From positions 1 through 50,729 of the forward strand of contig JAGGWG010000010.1 in assembly GCA_021157605.1 (NCBI GenBank): DNA of 50,729 nucleotides, written 5' to 3'. Numbering within the stretch: position 1 is the stretch's first letter; every line of letters begins with the position of its first letter. Under the pieces are notes generated by a model, which saw only the letters and a list, made by a program, of their open reading frames with translations, was not told the origin of the DNA and ran no database searches. Positions 19,896-28,044 of the stretch are shown piece after piece. Source of the stretch: a bacterium. GTDB taxonomy: Bacteria; Patescibacteriota; UBA1384; JAGGWG01. The position numbers and the translations under genes are program-made.

Positions 19896-21166
19896 TTCTG
19901 ACCTCAAAATTAGCGGCAAGAATAGGTGAGATTAGTGAAAAACCCGGGGTTTATGTTTTTTATAATCAGCAAAAACAACCCCTTTATATTGGCAAAGCTA
20001 AAAATTTGCGTCGGCGTATAGCCCACTACTTAAAAGCTGGGGGAAAAGCTAATCAGATTTTAAAGAGTTCTCATTTTTTAAAAATTAACCCTACTGATTC
20101 GGAAATAGAAGCTCTTCTTTTGGAGGCCGACCTAATAAAAGTCTTTCAACCAAAATTTAATGTTCGCCAAAAAGACGATCGCAGTTTTTTGTACTTAGTA
20201 ATCCGTTATGATGATTTTCCTTATCTTGAGGTAGTTAGAGAAAAAAACCTAAACTTAAAAAATAAGGATAAGGTTTTTGGTCCTTTTGTTGATAGCGTTT
20301 CTCTTAAAGAAGCTCTTAAGGCTTTACGCCAGATTTTTCCTTTTCGGGATTGTAAACCTTCTCAGTTTCTAAAGGCTCGAAAAAACAAGCACCCCTGTCT
20401 TTATTACCATTTAGATAAGTGTTTGGCGCCCTGTTTAGGCAAAGTAAGCAAAAGGCGCTATCAGAATATGATTCAGGAGTTGATATCTTTTTTAAAAATT
20501 AAAAAAGATCTATTAGTAAAAAAATGGCAGAGAGAAATGAAAGGAGCAGCTTTAAGGCAGCAGTTTGAGAAAGCCAAAATTTTAAGAGATAGATTAAGGG
20601 CTTTGGAAAGATTGTCAAGGCTGAAGTTTATTGCTGAAGATTTGCCAGAAAGAAAAAAGAGTTTTAGGATAGAGGCTTTTGATATTGCTCAGATTTTTGG
20701 TGAATCTAAAGTGGGGGGAGAGGTGGTGTATAAAGGCAGTTTAGATAAAGAAAATATTTTAAAGGGGCAATTTTTAAAATCTGAGTTCCGCCGTTTTAAA
20801 CTTTCGCAAAAAAAAGATGATTTGAACCTTCTTGGAGAGATGCTCAGACGTCGTTTTAAACATCAAGAATGGGAGTTCCCTGATTTGGTTTTGGTAGATG
20901 GAGGTGAGAATCATCTTCGTCTCGCCAGGAGAATTTTAAGGGAGTTTGACCTAAATATTCCTGTTGTTGCTTTAACAAAAGACAGACGCCATAAGGTAAA
21001 AAGGCCTGTTTTACCTTTTGATAGATTTAAGTGGCCTTATTTGGCTGACTTTGTGCGCAAAAACTGGTTTGTTTTAATAGAGATTGATGATAAGGCTCAT
21101 CGTTTCAGCCAAAGTTATTTTCACCTGCTTCGCTCACAAAAGATAAAAAAGAAAAGAGGAAAATAG
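19892..21166 (+). CDS. uvrC: Excinuclease ABC subunit C, compact form lacking the C-terminal (HhH)2 domain
   Basis: GIY-YIG (GVYVFYNQQKQPLYIGKAKNLRRRIAHY), UVR helix (QFEKAKILRDRLRALE) and RNase H-like endonuclease motifs (IEAFDIAQ, LVLVDGGENHL, DKAHRFS). The ORF ends at 424 aa. ATGA overlap with proS. Confidence 0.8.
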   Translation: MILTSKLAARIGEISEKPGVYVFYNQQKQPLYIGKAKNLRRRIAHYLKAGGKANQILKSSHFLKINPTDSEIEALLLEADLIKVFQPKFNVRQKDDRSFLYLVIRYDDFPYLEVVREKNLNLKNKDKVFGPFVDSVSLKEALKALRQIFPFRDCKPSQFLKARKNKHPCLYYHLDKCLAPCLGKVSKRRYQNMIQELISFLKIKKDLLVKKWQREMKGAALRQQFEKAKILRDRLRALERLSRLKFIAEDLPERKKSFRIEAFDIAQIFGESKVGGEVVYKGSLDKENILKGQFLKSEFRRFKLSQKKDDLNLLGEMLRRRFKHQEWEFPDLVLVDGGENHLRLARRILREFDLNIPVVALTKDRRHKVKRPVLPFDRFKWPYLADFVRKNWFVLIEIDDKAHRFSQSYFHLLRSQKIKKKRGK

Positions 21167-21209
21167 AATTTTTTATACTTTTTATTGGGTTTAAGATATA
21201 ATTTTGTTG

Positions 21210-22214
21210 ATGAGGTGGGGTGATTTTTGGCAAAGTTGGTTTAAATGGTTGGCTTACTCTCCGGAGGAGATGTTGTATCACGCTCCCAAAATAACGCTTA
21301 TCGGAGGAGGCAGTGGTCTAGCCAGACTTTTACAAGGCTTGAAGCAGTACACCTATAACCTTTCGGCGATTGTAACTGTTTTTGATTCTGGTGGGCATAC
21401 AGGTAAATTGCGTAAAGATCTTAAGGTGCCTGCTGTTGGGGATTTGCGTAATTGCTTAGTAGCTCTTTCTGAAGAAGAAGATTTGATGCGGGAGTTTTTT
21501 GATTTTCGTTTCCAAAGGGGCAGGTATCTCAATGGGTATTCATTTGGCAATCTTTTTTTAGCAATGCTTTTGGAGATGGCTCGGGATTTAGATCAGGCTA
21601 CTCAAATTGCTTCAGCTCTTTTAAAAGTAAAAGGCAAAGTAATACCTTCTTCCTTAGGTAATGCTCATCTTTGGGCAGAGTTAAAGAATGGAGAAAAAGT
21701 AAAAGGAGAAGCAGAGATTCCTAAGGCAGTAGTAAGGTTTAAAAGCCCAATTAAAAAAATTTGGCTTGAGCCTCCGCAAAAAATAAATCCCAAAGCTGTC
21801 AGAGCAATTAAAGAGAGTGATTTAATAGTTATTGGTCCCGGAAGTTTGTTTACCAGTATTTTGCCTAATTTTTTGGTTGCTGGCCTAAAAGAAGCGTTCA
21901 ATAAAGCTAAGGTAAAGAAAATTTATGTGGTTAATGTCTCTCAAGAGCGCGGAGAAACAATGGGTTTTTCTGTGGAGGACCATTTGGATTGGCTTTTGGA
22001 GATGGGGATAGAGATTGATTTGGCTTTAGTTAATTCCCGAATTTTAAAAAAGGATGAAGATATTGTTCGTTTGGGCGGAGTGCGGAATATTTCGACTACA
22101 AAGAAAAAATATAAAAACATAGATATCTGTCGTGCTGATTTAATAGATCTTCAAAATCCTCTTTATCATCAGCCAAAGAAATTAGCGCGAAAAATTATAG
22201 AGTTGATCCAATAA
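21210..22214 (+). CDS. yvcK: YvcK/CofD-family (UPF0052) gluconeogenesis-factor-like protein
   Basis: LIGGGSGLARLLQGLK and VIGPGSLFTSILPN. Start is uncertain: TTG 21204, ATG 21210 or ATG 21270. A perfect TATAAT lies at 21197-21202. Confidence 0.8.
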   Translation: MRWGDFWQSWFKWLAYSPEEMLYHAPKITLIGGGSGLARLLQGLKQYTYNLSAIVTVFDSGGHTGKLRKDLKVPAVGDLRNCLVALSEEEDLMREFFDFRFQRGRYLNGYSFGNLFLAMLLEMARDLDQATQIASALLKVKGKVIPSSLGNAHLWAELKNGEKVKGEAEIPKAVVRFKSPIKKIWLEPPQKINPKAVRAIKESDLIVIGPGSLFTSILPNFLVAGLKEAFNKAKVKKIYVVNVSQERGETMGFSVEDHLDWLLEMGIEIDLALVNSRILKKDEDIVRLGGVRNISTTKKKYKNIDICRADLIDLQNPLYHQPKKLARKIIELIQ

Positions 22215-22257
22215 TCTTTAGTTGTTTTTATTGACTAGGGTGTTAAAATAAGATTGT

Positions 22258-23031
22258 ATGCGGCCCATTATTGCAGCAAACTGGAAAATGAATCCCCGTT
22301 CTTTGCGTGAAGCAAAAAAAATCCTCAAGCAAATTAGAGACCTTTTAGTACCGATTGTAGGATTTGAAGCTTATGTGGCCCCTCCTTTTCCCTTTGTTAA
22401 GTCTCTTTACCCTTTAGTTCGGCTTACTTCCATAAAGCTTGGAGCTCAAAATATTCATTTTGAAAATGAAGGTGCTTTTACTGGAGAAGTCTCTTTGCCA
22501 ATGATTGAAGAGTGGGTTGATTTTGTTATTATTGGTCATTCTGAGCGAAGAGCAATGGGGGAAACTAATAAAATAGTTAATCGTAAATTGCACCGAGTTT
22601 TAGATGCAGGGTTAAGGGCTATTCTTTGTATAGGAGAGTCAAAAGAAGATTATCTTAAGAAAGATAGCGAAAAGATTATTGAGCAACTAAGATCAGGACT
22701 TGAAGGGGTAAACTTAAAAAAAGTTTCCGAAGATTTAATTATTGCTTATGAGCCAGTGTGGGCTATTGGCACAGGCATTCCGGCTGATGCCTCTTATGTG
22801 GAAAAGAATGTGTTTTTAATCAGGCAGTTTATTTCTAGTCTTTATACGCGGGAAACCGGAGCTAAAGTCCCGGTTCTTTATGGAGGAAGTGTCAAAGCTC
22901 AAAATGTCAAAGATTTTATCAGTCGCCAAGGGATTAATGGTTTTTTGGTAGGTGGAGCCAGCTTGGATCCAGGAGAGTTTTCAGCGATCTGTCAACAGGC
23001 TAAAGAGCTTTATAAAACTAAAAATAAATGA
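22258..23031 (+). CDS. tpiA: Triosephosphate isomerase
   Basis: AANWKMN, IGHSERR, AYEPVWAIGTG and YGGSV. Confidence 0.95.
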   Translation: MRPIIAANWKMNPRSLREAKKILKQIRDLLVPIVGFEAYVAPPFPFVKSLYPLVRLTSIKLGAQNIHFENEGAFTGEVSLPMIEEWVDFVIIGHSERRAMGETNKIVNRKLHRVLDAGLRAILCIGESKEDYLKKDSEKIIEQLRSGLEGVNLKKVSEDLIIAYEPVWAIGTGIPADASYVEKNVFLIRQFISSLYTRETGAKVPVLYGGSVKAQNVKDFISRQGINGFLVGGASLDPGEFSAICQQAKELYKTKNK

Positions 23032-23040
23032 GGAGGCTTT

Positions 23041-24045
23041 ATGAAGTTTGCTATTAATGGTTTTGGGCGGATTGGCCGCACTTTTTTCCGCTCAGCTTAT
23101 AAATTAGGTTTATTACCTGCAGCCATTAATGATTTAGGTCAGATAGACAGTTTGGCTTATCTTTTGAAATATGATTCCACTTATGGGAAATTTGAAGGCA
23201 AGATAAAAGTAGAAGGAGATAGCTTAGTAGTGGATGGCAAGAAAATAAAAATTTTATCTGAAAAAGATCCTTCCCGCTTGCCTTGGAAGAATTTGGGGGT
23301 TGATTTGGTAATTGAATCTACAGGTGTATTTAGAGAATACGCTCAAGCTTACCAGCATATTCAGGCTGGAGCTAAACAAGTGGTTATTTCTGCTCCTTTT
23401 AAAGGCGACAAACCAATGAAAACGATTATTTTTGGTATAAATCACTTAGATCTTTTTTCAGAGGATAAAGTATTTTCAATGGCTTCCTGCACTACTAACT
23501 GTTTAGTGCCAGTAGCTAAAATTCTGGATGATGAGTTGGGACTTGAGAAAGCTACCCTAAACACGATCCATTCTTTTACTATGGATCAAAAGCTTCAAGA
23601 TGCGCCTCATAAAGATTTTCGTCGCGGCCGCAGCGCACTTCAATCAATCGTTCCTACTACTACTGGAGCTACTGAGGCTACAGCCAAAGTTCTTCCTAGC
23701 TTAGAAGGGAAGATGAATGGTTATGCTTTTCGAGTGCCCACGCCAACAGTTTCTATTATTGATTTTGTTGCTCTGGTGAAAAAAGAAACATCGGAAAAAG
23801 AGTTGCGCAAGCTTTTTAAGAAATATGTTCAAGAAGATAGCTTTTTGGGGGCTTTGAAAGTGGTAGAAGAGCCTGTAGTGTCAGTTGATTTTCGTGGCGA
23901 TGAGGCTGCTTCGATTGTTGATTTGGAATTGATTCAAGTGATTGAAGGCAATCTTGTTCGCGTTGTTGCTTATTATGATAATGAAATGGGTTATGCCGCT
24001 CGTTTAGCTAAATTAGTGCAGTATATAGGTGATAAAATTCTTTAA
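23041..24045 (+). CDS. gap: Glyceraldehyde-3-phosphate dehydrogenase
   Basis: INGFGRIGR, the catalytic region SCTTNCL and YDNEMGY. GAGGAGG Shine-Dalgarno upstream. Confidence 0.95.
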   Translation: MKFAINGFGRIGRTFFRSAYKLGLLPAAINDLGQIDSLAYLLKYDSTYGKFEGKIKVEGDSLVVDGKKIKILSEKDPSRLPWKNLGVDLVIESTGVFREYAQAYQHIQAGAKQVVISAPFKGDKPMKTIIFGINHLDLFSEDKVFSMASCTTNCLVPVAKILDDELGLEKATLNTIHSFTMDQKLQDAPHKDFRRGRSALQSIVPTTTGATEATAKVLPSLEGKMNGYAFRVPTPTVSIIDFVALVKKETSEKELRKLFKKYVQEDSFLGALKVVEEPVVSVDFRGDEAASIVDLELIQVIEGNLVRVVAYYDNEMGYAARLAKLVQYIGDKIL

Positions 24046-24058
24046 AAGTGTTTTACAC

Positions 24059-24086
24059 ATTCCAATGTTCTCAAGAACATTGGAAT
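24059..24086. repeat. Perfect 12-bp-arm palindrome (copy A of a repeated palindromic element)
   Basis: ATTCCAATGTTC-TCAA-GAACATTGGAAT in the gap-pgk spacer. A related copy lies at 44497-44530. Confidence 0.8.
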
Positions 24087-24105
24087 ATAAAAACTGGGTG
24101 TTAAT

Positions 24106-25164
24106 ATGAAATCATTAGGCAAACTTGAACCTGATAATAAAAAGGTTTTAGTCCGTTTAGATTTCGATGTGCCAATAGAAAAAGGAAAAATTATAGACAC
24201 TTTTCGTCTAGATGCTTCGTTGCCTACTCTCAAATATCTTCAGCCCGCAGAAAAAATTTTTTTGGTTGGTCATTCGGGCAGACCAGAGGGGAAGGTTACA
24301 GAAGATTTATCTTTAAGACCTCAGGCAGATTATTTAGCTCAAAAATTAGGTTTATCTCTTAGAGAAGCTGCTTCCCCCTTTTTTTACCGACGATATCTTT
24401 TGGGGGACAAAATTGAGATTTTAGAGAATCTACGTTTTTTTATTGGCGAGGAGCATAATGAAAAAAAGTTTGCTCAGAAATATGCTGGCTTGGCTGATGT
24501 TTTTGTTTTTGAAGCCTTTGCTGTTTCCCATAGAAAGCATGCTTCAGTTTATTGGTTGCCAAAGATTTTACCTTCATATTTAGGTTTTCGGGCAGAAAAG
24601 GAAATAGAGATACTTTCACGTTTGAAGAGGGAATCTTCACAAACTTTGGCTGTTATTGGCGGCGGGAAGGCTAAGGATAAGGCAGATTTGGTTCATAAGT
24701 TTGCGGCCCAAAACATTCTTTTAGGAGGCAAAACCGCTAATGAACTTTACCTAAATAAGGAAAGTTTACCTAAAAATGTGGTTTTACCAATTGATGGCGT
24801 ATTGCCTTCCGGGAAAGTTAAGGATTACGTTGATATGTCTAAAAAAGAAGTTCTTTCTGTTCGTGATCTAGGACCCAAAACAATTAAACTTTTTAGTGAG
24901 TTTTTGGACAAAAAAGGGAAAAACATTATTTTTGCTGGACCAGTAGGACAATTTGAAAAAAAGAGCTTTTCTTTAGGAACTAAAATTCTGTATCAAAGGG
25001 CTTTAGGCACAAAAAAATTTACTTTTCTTTTAGGTGGTGATTCTTCTTATGCGGCTTTAAAATTTTGTCTGAGAGAAAAATTTTCCTATGTTTCTGTAGG
25101 TGGTGGCGCTTCTCTTTCTTTTCTAAGCCGAAAATCTTTAGAATTTGGTGATGTTTTAACTTGA
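24106..25164 (+). CDS. pgk: Phosphoglycerate kinase (short, 352 aa)
   Basis: KVLVRLDFDVP, GHSGRPEG, NLRF, the AFAVSHR region and the C-terminal GGGAS motif. Confidence 0.9.
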   Translation: MKSLGKLEPDNKKVLVRLDFDVPIEKGKIIDTFRLDASLPTLKYLQPAEKIFLVGHSGRPEGKVTEDLSLRPQADYLAQKLGLSLREAASPFFYRRYLLGDKIEILENLRFFIGEEHNEKKFAQKYAGLADVFVFEAFAVSHRKHASVYWLPKILPSYLGFRAEKEIEILSRLKRESSQTLAVIGGGKAKDKADLVHKFAAQNILLGGKTANELYLNKESLPKNVVLPIDGVLPSGKVKDYVDMSKKEVLSVRDLGPKTIKLFSEFLDKKGKNIIFAGPVGQFEKKSFSLGTKILYQRALGTKKFTFLLGGDSSYAALKFCLREKFSYVSVGGGASLSFLSRKSLEFGDVLT

Positions 25165-25218
25165 TTTGATAAACAGGTCAACTTGGAGAGAGGGCTTAAA
25201 AATGCTACACTAAGATAG

Positions 25219-26058
25219 ATGTATATAACTAATTCTAAAGATTTAGTTTTAAAGGCTTACAAAACAAAAAAGGCTATAGGAGCTTTTAATGCTCATAATT
25301 TAGAGGTGTTTGAGGCTGTAATTTCAGCTGCTAAAAGCAAAAAGGCGCCGGTTATAATCCAGATAACCCCCAAGACAGCTAAACATCTTCCTTTGCGTTA
25401 TTTCAAAAAGATGGCTGAGGCAGCAGATAAGCTTTATCCAGAAGTGGATTTTGCTCTGCATTTGGATCATGGTGATAGTTTAGAAATAGTGCAGGAAGCG
25501 TTGGAGTTAGGTTTTAGTTCAGTTATGTTTGACGGCAGCCGGCTCTCTATGGAAAAAAATATCAAGCTTACCTGCCAAGTAAAAACTATGGCTCAGCGCT
25601 TTAGAGTAGCAGTTGAAGCAGAAATAGGAGAGATGCCAAAGACTGGTGATCGTTTCCAAAAAAGTAATCTTTTGGGTTTAGATACAATAGAGAGGTTTAT
25701 AAAAAAAACAAGAGTAGATTTTTTGGCTTTGCCTTTAGGCACAAAACACGGAATGCCGGCACCGGGAGGGAAAGAGCATATTAATATTAATTATTTAAAA
25801 AAGATTTCAAAAAGCATAAAAGTTCCCTTGGTTCTTCATGGTGCTTCTGGGGTAGGCAAGCAGGAATTAAGACAGGCAAGAAGATATGGGGTGGCTAAGG
25901 TTAATTTTGATACTGCTTTGCGTAAGATTTTTACCTACGCTTTAGGCAAGTTTTTAAAAGCTAAACCCCAAGAAGATGATTTAAGGGTCTATTTAGAAGA
26001 GGCGCGGCTTGCTACTGAAAAAATAGTTAAAGATAAAATTGAAGCCTTGTATTTTTAA
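25219..26058 (+). CDS. fba: Class II fructose-bisphosphate aldolase
   Basis: AFNAHNLE, LHLDHG, VLHGASG and KVNFDT. Confidence 0.9.
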   Translation: MYITNSKDLVLKAYKTKKAIGAFNAHNLEVFEAVISAAKSKKAPVIIQITPKTAKHLPLRYFKKMAEAADKLYPEVDFALHLDHGDSLEIVQEALELGFSSVMFDGSRLSMEKNIKLTCQVKTMAQRFRVAVEAEIGEMPKTGDRFQKSNLLGLDTIERFIKKTRVDFLALPLGTKHGMPAPGGKEHININYLKKISKSIKVPLVLHGASGVGKQELRQARRYGVAKVNFDTALRKIFTYALGKFLKAKPQEDDLRVYLEEARLATEKIVKDKIEALYF

Positions 26059-26066
26059 CTTAAATA

Positions 26067-27035
26067 ATGGAGAAAATTTTTGTTTTAGGCAAAGCTTTGT
26101 GGGATGTAATTTTGGAAACCGAAGTAGAGCTCAAGGAGAATTTTTTTTGTTTTCCTTTTAAAGAAAAAACCTTAGCTAAGAGTCTTGTTCAAGAGCCGGG
26201 AGGAGGAGCATTAAATACCAGTTTAGCTTTTAAAAAATTAGGTTTTGAACCAATACCTCTTGCTGTTGTTGGCAAGGATTTTTTGGGAGAGGAAATCAGG
26301 GAAAGATTAAAAGAAGAGGGAATAACAACTAAATTTATAGGTTCTACCCATAAACATACTGGCACTTCAGTAATTGTCTTGGGCAAAAAAGGTTTGCATA
26401 CCGCCCTGATTTATCCCGGAGCCAATAAAGAGTTAGAAGCTGATGATATTGATACTGCTGTTCTCAAAGAAGCGCGCTGGTGGCTTATTCTTTCTTGGGG
26501 AAATGTTAATGAGGAGATAATTAAAGAAATAGTTAATAAAAAAGAAAAATTAGGTAAACATTTGGTTTTCAATCCCGGCAAAATCCAGCTGCAGTATCCC
26601 GAGAAACTTAAATCCCTATTGGCTGTTACTGATATTTTGATTGTTAATAAACAAGAGCTTTTTTCTTTAGTAGGCAGGGGAAAATCTTTGTCAGAAACAT
26701 TGGTTAAAGCTGTAGGGTGGGGACCCAAAATTGTGGTTGCTACCTTAGGTAGACAGGGCTCTATTGTCTATGACGGCGGCTACTTTTATCGTACGCCAGT
26801 TTATCCAGCTGCAGTAGTTGATTCTTTAGGTTGTGGTGATGCTTTTACTAGTGCTTTTTTAGCTTGGTTTATTAAAACAGGTAAAATAGAACAAGCTGTT
26901 TTGGCTGGTACTATTAATTCTGCTTCAGTGGTTTCTGAAAGAGGAACAGTTGCCGGGCAACTTACAGATAAAGAAATAAGTAAAAAGATTGCGAACGCTG
27001 AAATAAAAGTCAAAAAAGAAAAAGTTTCCCAATAA
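26067..27035 (+). CDS. PfkB/ribokinase-family sugar(-phosphate) kinase
   Basis: GGGALNTS near the N-terminus and the C-terminal signature VDSLGCGDAFTSAFLA. Substrate cannot be deduced. Confidence 0.8.
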   Translation: MEKIFVLGKALWDVILETEVELKENFFCFPFKEKTLAKSLVQEPGGGALNTSLAFKKLGFEPIPLAVVGKDFLGEEIRERLKEEGITTKFIGSTHKHTGTSVIVLGKKGLHTALIYPGANKELEADDIDTAVLKEARWWLILSWGNVNEEIIKEIVNKKEKLGKHLVFNPGKIQLQYPEKLKSLLAVTDILIVNKQELFSLVGRGKSLSETLVKAVGWGPKIVVATLGRQGSIVYDGGYFYRTPVYPAAVVDSLGCGDAFTSAFLAWFIKTGKIEQAVLAGTINSASVVSERGTVAGQLTDKEISKKIANAEIKVKKEKVSQ

Positions 27036-27131
27036 ATTTAGCTTGAAGTTTTTTCTTTTGCTGGATGCCTTTCTTTTTCGGCAATTTTTAATTTTCTTTA
27101 TTTTCCACAGTTTTTTGTTTGCTTTTTCTTT

Positions 27132-27178
27132 TGTGAATTGTTATGAATAAAAAGAACATTTATGAATTATTATGAAAA
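27132..27178 (+). promoter_or_regulatory. Four phased T(A/G)TGAA(T/A) repeats; candidate operator for the downstream RHH-domain protein
   Basis: Copies start at 27132 (TGTGAAT), 27142 (TATGAAT), 27161 (TATGAAT) and 27171 (TATGAAA, containing the ATG). Spacing is 10/19/10 bp. Confidence 0.35.
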
Positions 27179-28035
27179 AGAAAAGTAGCCGACTTTACAG
27201 ACGTATCAGTTTTTCTTTAGATAAAGGGATTTTAAAAGAAGTAGAAAATTTTGCCAAAGAAAAAAATTTTTCCTCTTTATCACGGACAGCAGAATACCTT
27301 TTTAAAAAAGCTTTGGGTATAGGTCGGATTAAACAGGCCATTATTTTAGCTGGGGGTAAAGGTACAAGACTTAGACCTTTTACTTACGAAGTACCAAAAC
27401 CTCTTTTGCCTATTAAGGGTAAACCTATTATAGAACATTCTATTTTACTCTTAAGGCGCTATGGGGTGGAAGAAATAATAATTTCAGTAGGTTATTTAGG
27501 TGAAAAAATAAAAGCAGTTTTAGGCAATGGGGAAAGATTCGGTCTTGAGTTGAAATATATTGAGGAAAAAAAGCCTCTTAACACTGCTGGGCCTTTGGTT
27601 TTAGCTAAAAAATATATTAAAGGTCCTTTTTTTCTTTTTTGGGCTGATATTTTGGCTGATATAGATCTTGAAGATATGGCTCAATTTCACCGTCAAATGA
27701 AATCAGTAGCCACAATGGCTCTGGCCACAGTAGAAAATGTAAAAGATTTGGGTGTAGTGGAGCTTGAAGGAGGTTGGGTTAGAAGATTTTTGGAAAAACC
27801 TAAAAAAGGGGAGAGCTCATCTAGACTAATTAATGCTGGTGTGGCTTTGTTTGAGGCGCAGATTTTTAACTATCTTCCCAAAAAGCCGAAGCCAATTTCC
27901 ATTGAAAAAGAGGTTTATCCGCGTTTAGTTAAAGCAAAGAAATTAGCTGGTTATCCTTTTCCTGGTGCTTGGTTTGATACAGGAACGGTTGAGCGTTATG
28001 AAGAGGCAGTAAAAAAATGGGATATTAAGATTTAG
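27172..28035 (+). CDS. Ribbon-helix-helix (CopG-like) domain fused to a sugar-1-phosphate nucleotidyltransferase
   Basis: Residues ~10-50 (RRISFSLDKGILKEVENFAKEKNFSSLSRTAEYLFKKAL) show the RHH strand-helix-helix pattern. They are followed by AIILAGGKGTRLRPFTYEVPKPLLPI and an NTP-transferase core. Confidence 0.8.
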   Translation: MKKKSSRLYRRISFSLDKGILKEVENFAKEKNFSSLSRTAEYLFKKALGIGRIKQAIILAGGKGTRLRPFTYEVPKPLLPIKGKPIIEHSILLLRRYGVEEIIISVGYLGEKIKAVLGNGERFGLELKYIEEKKPLNTAGPLVLAKKYIKGPFFLFWADILADIDLEDMAQFHRQMKSVATMALATVENVKDLGVVELEGGWVRRFLEKPKKGESSSRLINAGVALFEAQIFNYLPKKPKPISIEKEVYPRLVKAKKLAGYPFPGAWFDTGTVERYEEAVKKWDIKI

Positions 28036-28044
28036 TAAAATAGT

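Noticed and set aside
27143-27175. A 10-codon uORF (MNKKNIYELL) overlapping the start of the RHH-nucleotidyltransferase gene.
   Set aside because: It has no Shine-Dalgarno and its sequence consists of the TATGAAT repeats themselves. It is kept only as an alternative explanation inside the operator finding.
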